A program made the translations under genes and the position numbers. The notes under the pieces are model-generated. The model was not told the origin of the DNA. It did no database searches and saw nothing but the letters and a program-made list of their open reading frames with translations. 64,000 nucleotides of DNA from positions 1 through 64,000 of the IMG/VR virus record IMGVR_UViG_3300037440_000315. One strand, 5' to 3'. Origin of the DNA: a virus (Duplodnaviria; Caudoviricetes). Positions 18,634 through 26,482 of the stretch are shown here, piece after piece. How positions within the stretch are numbered: position 1 is the first letter of the stretch; each line of letters begins with the position of its first letter.

Positions 18634-18901
18634 CTGATTTTGTTACGGGTGTAGCGCCTAACTTCCCGACACTTTTCGCGACAGAAAAATGGATCGCGTC
18701 ACTTTTCCCCACCTGAATGCGCGCTTAGTCCAATTGGCAGGCAGCGCGCAGCATCATGTTAACCGAACCCCGTTTCCGTTAACCTATCGCGGGTGACTGG
18801 TGCGCTCAGTAGAACATCTTCAAATGTGCGCTGTATAGAACATCTTCGTGACGCCACGGCCATGATCGTCGCGTGAAGTATGGTTTAAAACCATACTTCT
18901 T

Positions 18902-19255
18902 TCACACCGCCAGCCAGACGAAGTAACCAGCCCCGGCCACTGCAATCCCGCTTACAAATAGCGGAATGAACGCCAGCGGCGCGGCGAACAGAGCGCCGAG
19001 CGATCCGATCACAAGTCCGATCGTCAGCAGGAGCATGGCGGCTTCGAATTGTTCAGCTTTCGCGCGGGATTGATTGCGCAGAACGCCCATGCGGTCAATG
19101 ACGGAGGACTGGCCTTTAAGCTCCAGCGTCATGACTTTCAAGTCGAGGCGTGACGCCCGCGAGCGGTAATCGTCTTCCTTCATGGAGACGACGGCAAGAG
19201 CGCAGCCGAGAATAACGAGATAGAGCGCGGTGAGGGATTTTAGGCGGTCGGTCAT
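18902..19255 (-). CDS. Multi-TM protein (holin candidate)
   Basis: Three hydrophobic segments, coupled to the spanin-like gene. Confidence 0.5.
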   Translation of the reverse strand: MTDRLKSLTALYLVILGCALAVVSMKEDDYRSRASRLDLKVMTLELKGQSSVIDRMGVLRNQSRAKAEQFEAAMLLLTIGLVIGSLGALFAAPLAFIPLFVSGIAVAGAGYFVWLAV

Positions 19256-19518
19256 TCGTCTTTACAAAAGCTCGGCTGCGGCTTTTTACAGGTGCAGGCG
19301 TGTTGCCGGTTATGCGCTCTCACCCCGTCCGCAGTCATGATCGTGTCATCAACGTGCCAGGATAGCTGCTTGAAGTCATCGCATGCTGTGTTAACCATCC
19401 TTACGGCAGGTGGGGCTTTGCTCGCAGAGCCGCACCCTATCAGGGCGAGCGGCAGGAGTAGGGGGAGTGCGGTCAGCAGCTTGACGCGCCTGCCTGCGTA
19501 TGGCGTCGAGTTCATCAT
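19252..19518 (-). CDS. Rz1-like lipoprotein (o-spanin)
   Basis: Lipobox LALIGC, overlap with the Rz-like gene, HN...C tail. Confidence 0.65.
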   Translation of the reverse strand: MMNSTPYAGRRVKLLTALPLLLPLALIGCGSASKAPPAVRMVNTACDDFKQLSWHVDDTIMTADGVRAHNRQHACTCKKPQPSFCKDE

Positions 19519-19675
19519 TTGCCTCTTGGATCTGGGTCTGCCAATGGATATCGCGCGCGGCGACTGCGGCGGCTTTGCCGTCAGCACCGGTCGAATACCC
19601 GTGCGTCCATATGGAGATGATTGCGCCCGCGCCCGCGAGCGCCGCAATCAGGTACTTGCTTCCGAAGCCAAGCAT
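19391..19675 (-). CDS. Rz-like i-spanin
   Basis: N-terminal TM plus helical periplasmic region, directly after the endolysin. Confidence 0.6.
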   Translation of the reverse strand: MLGFGSKYLIAALAGAGAIISIWTHGYSTGADGKAAAVAARDIHWQTQIQEANDELDAIRRQARQAADRTPPTPAARPDRVRLCEQSPTCRKDG

Positions 19676-20445
19676 CAGCGCCCCTTTTCCTTGTTGTCAT
19701 CGTAGCGCGCCCATATGATGATCCCGAAGGCTGCTACTGACAGCACGCTGGTCAACAGCATGAGTTGCGGCAGCGACGTTCCGAGATCCTTCAGGACGCC
19801 GATGATGCCCATGATCTGGGTTTGGCTGTCGAGGATTGCAGTTCCGGTCGCGCCCGCCGAGACGATGCCGAGCGCGGCAGACTGGACCGTCCGTGAATTC
19901 ATGGGCGTAGACGGCTTCCTGTAGCCCAGCAGCCGGCCAGGGTCTTGATGGTCGATGGAAACCTGATCGCCGCTCTGGTTGCCGGCAAGAATGCGGATAC
20001 CCTTCGCGTCCTCATCGATGAAAAAGCCCACATGTCCCTGCCAACCTCGAACGTCGCCACGGCTGAAAACCGCTATGCATCCTGGAAATGGCTTCGCCAC
20101 CGGCTTACCCCATTGCATATAGGATCGCGCCGCAAGGCTCTTCGAGCTGGCGTAACCGGCACGCTCAAGACACGCCCCGGTAAAGGCCGCGCACCATGCG
20201 ACAGAATCCGCGTTGACTTCAGGAAAGCCCGCGTCAGCATAGTATTTTAGCACGCGCGGATTGTTCGCCGCACCTGGTGCTTCCTTCACGCCAAGCTCGC
20301 CGCGCGCAATCTTGAGCCATTTAGGTTCACCTGTTGACGGAGCTTCCGGCGGCAAGTCCTTTGGACGTTGTGGCGTTGGCACGCCCGGAATAAAACCGAG
20401 CAACTGCCAGATATACTGAAATAGTGCTTTTAGCTGTGAGATCAT
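19675..20445 (-). CDS. Endolysin, TIGR02594/NlpC-P60-like peptidase with C-terminal TM segments
   Basis: W...AR.ELGVKE..G...NPR, AWCAAF (Cys), GHVGFF (His), LAGNQS. Confidence 0.88.
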   Translation of the reverse strand: MISQLKALFQYIWQLLGFIPGVPTPQRPKDLPPEAPSTGEPKWLKIARGELGVKEAPGAANNPRVLKYYADAGFPEVNADSVAWCAAFTGACLERAGYASSKSLAARSYMQWGKPVAKPFPGCIAVFSRGDVRGWQGHVGFFIDEDAKGIRILAGNQSGDQVSIDHQDPGRLLGYRKPSTPMNSRTVQSAALGIVSAGATGTAILDSQTQIMGIIGVLKDLGTSLPQLMLLTSVLSVAAFGIIIWARYDDNKEKGR

Positions 20446-20493
20446 TTGTACTTTCCATTGAAAGCAGTTGCAAATCCAAGTAATCTCATCGCC

Positions 20494-21129
20494 ATGAGAA
20501 AGATGGAGATTGCAATGCAATTTGGACTTTGGACGTAGGTTACAAACCTCGGAAAATTCTCAGAGTGTGTGTGCGTATGCGGAACTAGAAGGATGGTAAA
20601 TACTTCGGACCTAAGGTGTGGTCGTTCAAAAAGCTGCGGCTGCCAGAGACGCTTGACGTTACCAAGAGCTGCCAAAGAGCAAAACACGACGCATGGAATG
20701 ACAGGGACGCCAACGTTCAACTCGTGGACCGAAATGCGGCGGCGTTGCTACGCCACGCATCGGAAGGAATACAAGAACTATGGCGGCGGCATAGAGGTCT
20801 GTCCGGAATGGCGCGATAGCTTTGAGAATTTCTATCGAGATATGGGCGATCGTCCGCCGGGATATACGCTTGATCGTCGGGACAACGACGATCACTATTC
20901 AAAGGACAACTGCCTTTGGGCAACTTATAAGCAACAAGGCAGAAACACGCGCTTTAACCGGCATGTTGAAGTTCATGGCCGCAGGATGACTATAGCCGAA
21001 GCTGCGGAACTATCCGGAATTAGTAAGAATTGCGCCCTACAAAGGCTGCGTAAGGGCTGGTCGGTTGAGCAGACATTTTCACAACCCTCCGCAAATAACG
21101 GGCTCTTGGGAAAATCCCGCCGAATATAG
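20494..21129 (+). pseudogene. Degenerate HNH homing endonuclease
   Basis: FGLWT*V...CVCG...SCGC...YGG.I.VC..W...LDR.DND..Y..DNC.WAT..QQ.RN, with an in-frame TAG at 20536-20538. Confidence 0.7.
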
Positions 21130-21198
21130 CGGCAAAGATCGCTTTGATAAGGTCAATCAGCCATTGCATACGCTATCCTTTCGGTAAAGGCTTTCAAA

Positions 21199-21221
21199 GA
21201 AAAAGCCCCTGAGAAGGGGCT
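21199..21221 (-). terminator. Rho-independent terminator
   Basis: AGCCCCT-tctc-AGGGGCT hairpin followed by a T-tract on the minus strand. Confidence 0.6.
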
Positions 21222-21409
21222 GGATTTGAGATTGCGTGGTTCAAGTCAATCTTGCAAAAGGCTACCTGCTTTGCTATAAAAGTCGCGCGTACATTAAACC
21301 CATAGTGCACGCAAAGAGGCTGTCTGAGGGTTTGTGCACAGGCCTTCAGGCAGCCTTCACACCGTATAGGGCGGCAGGTCGCCCGTATCGAGATTGCTGG
21401 CGTCCATGT

Positions 21410-22135
21410 TCACGCCCAGCTCGCGGCAACACCCGCCGCGCCATTGGGGCCGACTGCACCATCAAAACTGAGTGCGCGTCCTGTCTCTTGTGACAATCCT
21501 GTCCCGCTTCCACCGACATATTGCACCGCGGATTCAAGCGTAGCATCAAAATCCTCAGTCATTCCAGATGTTGCCACGACACCTGCTGTTTCGAACATAG
21601 CGCAGGCGACAAGAACACCATTTTCCGGAATATTCAGGGACATATTGATGACATCATCATCATCGCTGGCTGTGTGATGAGGTGTGGTTGAGCTAAGATT
21701 TATCACTCGATAAGCGCCGATTGCCGCGCCAAGGCATTGTGCTGAGAAGGTGACGCTGATCGTCCCGCTTGTGCCGGTTGGCACCGAAGCCGATATGATC
21801 GCTGAGCCAACGAATGCGCCGCCAAGGTCATCATTATTCTGGACATGGATGGTTGCGGAAACGCCGCCTATTGAAGCAGAATTTAATGCACTGGCGCCGG
21901 TTAGACCATACCAGTGAACAGTGACAACAATTTCACGCGTCGCGTCTTCATCCCCGAAATTCTGACTTGCGAAATTGTAGGTCGTTTGATTGGTGCCGTC
22001 CGCTGCCGCCTGCAAAAAGGCAAGTGAAGCTGGCGTTGCGGGTCCAGCAGCCGCTTTCCTTATCCCCCCGCCATAAATCAGCGGCGAATGCGTGAAGCGC
22101 GATTGTGCGAAGGGAGGGATGTTGATATCCGCCAT
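21410..22135 (-). CDS. Putative virion/tail-associated beta-rich protein
   Basis: Ala/Gly/Ser/Thr-rich, ASVPTGTSGTISVTFS motif, late-region location. Confidence 0.65.
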   Translation of the reverse strand: MADINIPPFAQSRFTHSPLIYGGGIRKAAAGPATPASLAFLQAAADGTNQTTYNFASQNFGDEDATREIVVTVHWYGLTGASALNSASIGGVSATIHVQNNDDLGGAFVGSAIISASVPTGTSGTISVTFSAQCLGAAIGAYRVINLSSTTPHHTASDDDDVINMSLNIPENGVLVACAMFETAGVVATSGMTEDFDATLESAVQYVGGSGTGLSQETGRALSFDGAVGPNGAAGVAASWA

Positions 22136-22137
22136 TA

Positions 22138-22452
22138 CTAAACCCCCGTCACACGTTTGGTAATGCCGCCTGATGGGGCGGAGCCAATTCGCTCCGTGAC
22201 GTCAATGGCGGGTTCGGCCGCAAAACCTGCCGTCACGGTCCTCCAACTATTGCCCCAACTGTTCCCCCATGAACCGTTCCATGGATCTGAAATATTGTCG
22301 GCAACGGCGTCGAAGTAATCCACGCGCTTGGAGCTTCCGTCGGCAATCAGGCCGGATACTCGCGCGGTGACATCGATCGTAACGGCGGCGGTGATGCGTT
22401 TGCTGATGTCTTCCGCGACCGTCCCGCTGACACGCTTGGTGACCGTCGTCAT
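22138..22452 (-). CDS. Putative virion protein with (T/S)xR(V/I) and WGNS repeats
   Basis: TKRV-like repeats, WNGSWGNSWGNSW; coupled to the upstream gene. Confidence 0.6.
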   Translation of the reverse strand: MTTVTKRVSGTVAEDISKRITAAVTIDVTARVSGLIADGSSKRVDYFDAVADNISDPWNGSWGNSWGNSWRTVTAGFAAEPAIDVTERIGSAPSGGITKRVTGV

Positions 22453-23864
22453 GCCGGGCCCCACGGCGTCCCGATTCCAGTATCGCCAGTCCCGCCGACT
22501 GTCACATCATTGACCGCCTGTATATTTACATCAGCGAAGCCAGCCACCGTGAATGTCAGGCTGTCGGTCTTGGCCTTGATGGCGGTGATGTCAGCCGATG
22601 TAACCGCGTATGACACATAGATCTGATCAGTGTTAAGCACTGGCGATGTCTGGCCTGTGCAATGCAACCTGATGTAAACCTTGCCAAGTTCGGCAACGGA
22701 TGTCCCAACGAACCTTGTGAAAAGCGGGCAGTTGTGCGTAATATTTACCGTACCTGACTGACCGGCGATCGTGGCCATCAACTCCCATGCGCCGCTCACA
22801 TGGTTCCATGCCGAAATGGTGGCAGTGTCATTGTTGCCGGTGAGGTATCCCTTCCATACGCACAGTACTGGCGCTGTGCCTGCACCGATGAGGAACTGAT
22901 AGACGATATCGATCGCATTCCCGGAATGCGTAATGGTGTGGTAACTGAGATCCTCGGCTGATGTATTGGCAAAGGTGCCTGTTTGCGATCCGATAAGTGT
23001 CGTGCCGCTGGTAACGCCGGAAATGCCGCCCGCAGTGTTGTCGGTTTCCGCGTCGATACTGAGCGCAGATCCGGTTGACGATCCGATACCTCCGATGTCA
23101 TCGATCAAATCAACATTATTGCCGGCGAGAGTGGCGCCGCTACCGAAGTCCGTTGGCGTGCCTATCGTGTCCGTATCGACAAGAATACGGTCAATCGTCT
23201 CGCTCAGACCCGTGTCAAGACGGGCAATTGCCTGCTGAACGCCAGTATCGAATGACCAACCTGTCAGCGTACGGGCGTCCTTGGCCCAGACTGCTGCTGC
23301 GATGGCGCCTGTGTCACGGAGTGACAGGAGAGCGCGGATACCGGTGTCGTAATCCCCGAGCGTGGCGCGAAGTCCGGTGTCCAAATCAGCAATGACGTTG
23401 CGCAATCCGGTGTCTACATCGCCTTGAATTTTGGTGAGGCGGTCATTAACGCCGGTATCGTTGAAGGCGACGACATTGGCGCGGGGCTCGCCGATCTCCC
23501 ATGTCCCAAGCCAGAATCGAACCGTTCGCCCGTCAACCGTTATGCTGTCGACGAATGCCTGATAGGACGATCCCACGGCATAAAAAGATGGGTCGTCAGC
23601 CGTGTTGAAAAGCTGTATCCTGACCCTATGCAAACCTACCCGGTCGCCGACCTGACCAGTGTCGCTGATCAACGAATACCCGCTATCGGTCGCCCTGACG
23701 GTCGCCGCGCCGTCTTTCAGAACCTCAATATCAGAGACCGCAAGGGTTCCGCCAATTCCGATTGATGCGCCGCTATCGTTGTACGTCCCGAAGGGAAATA
23801 TAAGGCTATCACCGGGCGAGGCAGCCGTTAAGCTTCCCGGATTTCGTTTTCCAAAATATAGCAT
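22449..23864 (-). CDS. Putative fibre/appendage protein with DTG hendecad repeats
   Basis: 9 DTG plus 2 DSG; 11-residue periodic helical stalk; IKAKTDSLTF..DVNI..VN C-terminal motif. Confidence 0.75.
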   Translation of the reverse strand: MLYFGKRNPGSLTAASPGDSLIFPFGTYNDSGASIGIGGTLAVSDIEVLKDGAATVRATDSGYSLISDTGQVGDRVGLHRVRIQLFNTADDPSFYAVGSSYQAFVDSITVDGRTVRFWLGTWEIGEPRANVVAFNDTGVNDRLTKIQGDVDTGLRNVIADLDTGLRATLGDYDTGIRALLSLRDTGAIAAAVWAKDARTLTGWSFDTGVQQAIARLDTGLSETIDRILVDTDTIGTPTDFGSGATLAGNNVDLIDDIGGIGSSTGSALSIDAETDNTAGGISGVTSGTTLIGSQTGTFANTSAEDLSYHTITHSGNAIDIVYQFLIGAGTAPVLCVWKGYLTGNNDTATISAWNHVSGAWELMATIAGQSGTVNITHNCPLFTRFVGTSVAELGKVYIRLHCTGQTSPVLNTDQIYVSYAVTSADITAIKAKTDSLTFTVAGFADVNIQAVNDVTVGGTGDTGIGTPWGPA

Positions 23865-23888
23865 TTATCGCTCGGTTGGTTTCCCAAT

Positions 23889-23914
23889 AAAAAAGCCCCG
23901 GAGAAGGGGGGCTT
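23889..23914 (-). terminator. Rho-independent terminator
   Basis: AAGCCCC..GGGGCTTTTTT on the minus strand; near copy of the 21199 hairpin. Confidence 0.6.
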
Positions 23915-23941
23915 GGTGTAACTGAGGATTTTTAGAGGCGG

Positions 23942-24097
23942 TTACAGCGGATAGTTGGCGTCTTCATACGCGACGATTTCGTTGCAGAGGCGGTCCAGTT
24001 CATCGCCTTCCGGCGTTTCCGGTTCGGCGTCGAAAATCGCATCGGCGCGTTGCAGCGCAGCTTCGTACTCATCTTCGGTCTTGATGGTCTCGCTCAT
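23942..24097 (-). CDS. Stand-alone HigA-antitoxin N-terminal-like domain (51 aa)
   Basis: Manual translation MSETIKTEDEYEAALQRADAIFDAEPETPEGDELDRLCNEIVAYEDANYPL; GGAG RBS; not in the ORF track. Confidence 0.7.
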   Translation of the reverse strand: MSETIKTEDEYEAALQRADAIFDAEPETPEGDELDRLCNEIVAYEDANYPL

Positions 24098-24101
24098 CTC
24101 T

Positions 24102-24332
24102 TTACTCTCCGCTGGGTTGGGAGGGAGGCCCGACTAGATGCGTCGGGAACGGCACGCCCTGCTTCACAAACATGCGAACCTCTTGCGCTGGCCAATACTC
24201 AACGGTGCCGTCTCCACAGACGCGGACGAAAGCTGTTCCCCATATATCGACATCCAACTGTGCTTTCTCGCGATCTTCCGGCGAAAGCCGCGCGAGCGTG
24301 TCATCCCAAGTTGTCGGCTTTGTCTCGCTCAT
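24102..24332 (-). CDS. Hypothetical protein
   Basis: GAGGG RBS before MSETKPTTW. Confidence 0.55.
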   Translation of the reverse strand: MSETKPTTWDDTLARLSPEDREKAQLDVDIWGTAFVRVCGDGTVEYWPAQEVRMFVKQGVPFPTHLVGPPSQPSGE

Positions 24333-24360
24333 ACTACCCTCAATCCGTCTTCTCGAAGCT

Positions 24361-24801
24361 CTAAGCGGCCTGTCGCAGATGGCGACAAGAACTAAGCTGG
24401 GAAAACCACTGCACGCCAGCATCAGGCAGCATCTCGAATATGTCGCCTCTTACGATAGGGCGATACGGCTTTCGATACTGGCCGTTCTCATTCAAGGTTT
24501 TCCATGTTCTCCACGGTCGGCAATGTCTGCCTCGGCGTGCATTTACCTCGACCGTCACCGCCTTCAAGTGATCAGGATTCACACAGCATCTCATCTCGCA
24601 CACATGGTCAATGACCCAACTGTACGGAATTTTACCTTTCAACAATTCATACACGTAGCGGTGTGCTGCATAGCTTTGGCTATCGCTTGAGAACATACCA
24701 TAGCCATCGGTCTGCAGTCGACCGCCCCAAAGCCAGCATCCCGTTGTCGGCTCAGTAATCACCAGATCAAGAACATCATTGGGAGGTTCTATCATTTTCA
24801 T
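24361..24801 (-). CDS. HNH endonuclease (T7 gp3.8-like)
   Basis: GCWLW.G..DGYG, AHRYVYE, IDHVC..RCCVNPDHL..N. Confidence 0.85.
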   Translation of the reverse strand: MKMIEPPNDVLDLVITEPTTGCWLWGGRLQTDGYGMFSSDSQSYAAHRYVYELLKGKIPYSWVIDHVCEMRCCVNPDHLKAVTVEVNARRGRHCRPWRTWKTLNENGQYRKPYRPIVRGDIFEMLPDAGVQWFSQLSSCRHLRQAA

Positions 24802-25019
24802 ATCCCCACCATCTTCTCGATCTTATCCCGAAGCATCGGGTCATCGACCATGACGGTAGCGAGCAATGCTGCGTAATGCGGCACATCTGCGGTATCTCGC
24901 TCCCAATCAGAAACCGTCGTCCAGTGAACGCCGACTATGTCACCGAATTGTTTTTGATTGAGGCGCATCTTTTTTCGAACATCTCGCAGTTCGCGACCGT
25001 GCATCATGATCCTAGCCAT
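24798..25019 (-). CDS. XRE-family HTH regulator
   Basis: LRDVRKKMRLNQKQFGDIVGVHWTTVSDWER. Confidence 0.85.
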   Translation of the reverse strand: MARIMMHGRELRDVRKKMRLNQKQFGDIVGVHWTTVSDWERDTADVPHYAALLATVMVDDPMLRDKIEKMVGI

Positions 25020-25103
25020 CCTTGCTGGATAACGATTTTAAGCTACAACCGCAAGATATACACCGTTACGCTATAAAAATCAAACTATTTCGCTAAAAAG
25101 CGC

Positions 25104-25132
25104 TTGACAGGCATATAGCCTTTCGCTATATT
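25104..25132 (+). promoter_or_regulatory. Sigma70-type promoter
   Basis: TTGACA-17-TATATT upstream of the 25253 gene. Confidence 0.6.
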
Positions 25133-25252
25133 TGTCTTTGACGCCATTGTTGCGTCTGATCTTTGACAATCGAATAAACCACGAAAATGCCCGGCAAAGC
25201 GTTCGCGCGCTCGACCGGGCCATTGTGAAAAACCCCTTGAAAGGAAAATCAC

Positions 25253-26137
25253 ATGAAACAGCCTAGCAAACTCCCGCGCTGGGCGCAATGGACGATTGGC
25301 GGCGTCCTGCTTCTGATCGCTCTTGCGGCGGGGATCGTCAGCCTCGTGCTGAACGTCTCCCACGGACTGAATGTCGGCTTAGCTGCCGGCATCACCTTCG
25401 GCCTAGCTGACATTGGCAAGATCGCAATCCCGATCGTTGCCGGCATTATCGGCTGGTCCATGCAGATGAGATCGACTGCAATCGTCTGCGTGCTCGTGTC
25501 GTTGTTCTGTGCCACCAACTATTACGCCGACCGGCACGGACGGCACCTGATCGAAGCACAGCACGGAGAAGCCGTCTATGCGGACAAGGCAAAGCGCATC
25601 TCCGAACTGGAAAAGAGCGTTGCCGATCTCGGCGCTCTCGTGACCGCTGAAGCCGCCGACCGCGGATGCGGCCCCAACTGCAGGGCGCTTCAGGCTCGCG
25701 CCGACGAAGCCACCTTGAAGCTTCAGAGCGCCCGCAATGCGCGTTCTCAGGCGAAGCCCGTTGAAGCCTCCGGGCTTGCCGTCATGATCTCCATGTCGGC
25801 AGGAACGAAGGTCGAGGGCACAGCGCGCGGTCTTGGAGCGGTTAACGCCGTTCTGTTCCTTGCGCTTCTCGAAGCTCTCGTCTGGCTGTCCGTGCCAGCA
25901 ATGCGGGCTTTGAATACTGCGGCAGCGAAACCTGTCGCAACGCCAGAAGCCAAACCCGAGGTCAAAACCCTCAAACCGGCCAAGGCCAAAAAGAAGACCC
26001 GCGCAAAACGCTGGTCGCCAGTCCAGACACAGAAGATGCTTCAGGAAGCGCTTCAGAAACCTGACGGACGGAAAATGCGGGCTCGTAATTCGAACCTTAA
26101 GATCACGCGAGCCGCAAATGAAAATATCGACGCTTGA
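25253..26137 (+). CDS. Multi-TM coiled-coil membrane protein (moron)
   Basis: N-terminal TMs, coiled coil with GCGPNC turn, further TM, Lys-rich tail; own promoter and terminator. Confidence 0.75.
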   Translation: MKQPSKLPRWAQWTIGGVLLLIALAAGIVSLVLNVSHGLNVGLAAGITFGLADIGKIAIPIVAGIIGWSMQMRSTAIVCVLVSLFCATNYYADRHGRHLIEAQHGEAVYADKAKRISELEKSVADLGALVTAEAADRGCGPNCRALQARADEATLKLQSARNARSQAKPVEASGLAVMISMSAGTKVEGTARGLGAVNAVLFLALLEALVWLSVPAMRALNTAAAKPVATPEAKPEVKTLKPAKAKKKTRAKRWSPVQTQKMLQEALQKPDGRKMRARNSNLKITRAANENIDA

Positions 26138-26143
26138 AACTTG

Positions 26144-26175
26144 ATCCCCGTCCGGTAAAATGGCGGGGATTTTTC
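26144..26175 (+). terminator. Rho-independent terminator
   Basis: ATCCCCG..CGGGGAT followed by a T-tract. Confidence 0.6.
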
Positions 26176-26203
26176 ATTTTATTCAACCATCGCGGAGACG
26201 GGC

Positions 26204-26482
26204 ATGCTTCAATTTATTCTTGAATTCATCGCTACGATTTTGCATCTGGTTTATTTGGCGTTTCAGGCCATTTCGGTGATGCTTGCGATAGCATACGCTG
26301 GGTTCATCATCTTCGCCATCGCAATGATGCCGGTACTGGTTTACGCGCAGATCCGCACAAAACTTCAGGATCGGAGAGATCGCTTGACCGCCGAAACACG
26401 AAAGCGCGGTCAATTGGCGATGGCAAGGATCAGGGTGTCCGGAGAGCTTTGCCCGCCGCAGCTTCGTAAAACCGGGCAATAG
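26204..26482 (+). CDS. Small membrane protein
   Basis: GGAG RBS; hydrophobic N-terminal half. Confidence 0.5.
   Translation: MLQFILEFIATILHLVYLAFQAISVMLAIAYAGFIIFAIAMMPVLVYAQIRTKLQDRRDRLTAETRKRGQLAMARIRVSGELCPPQLRKTGQ

Noticed and set aside
18640-18900. Short repeats (GTTAACC x2, AGAACATCTTC x2) as an origin or CtrA site
   Set aside because: The spacing does not fit TTAA-N7-TTAA, there are too few copies for iterons, and no initiator gene lies in the window.
20536-20538. TAG recoding (alternative genetic code)
   Set aside because: It is a single case in a gene with other signs of decay. Long genes are open in the standard code and several end in TAG.
20445-21169. Group I intron in the endolysin
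   Set aside because: The HNH is antisense, there is little non-coding space for a ribozyme core, and the lysin has its own RBS and start.
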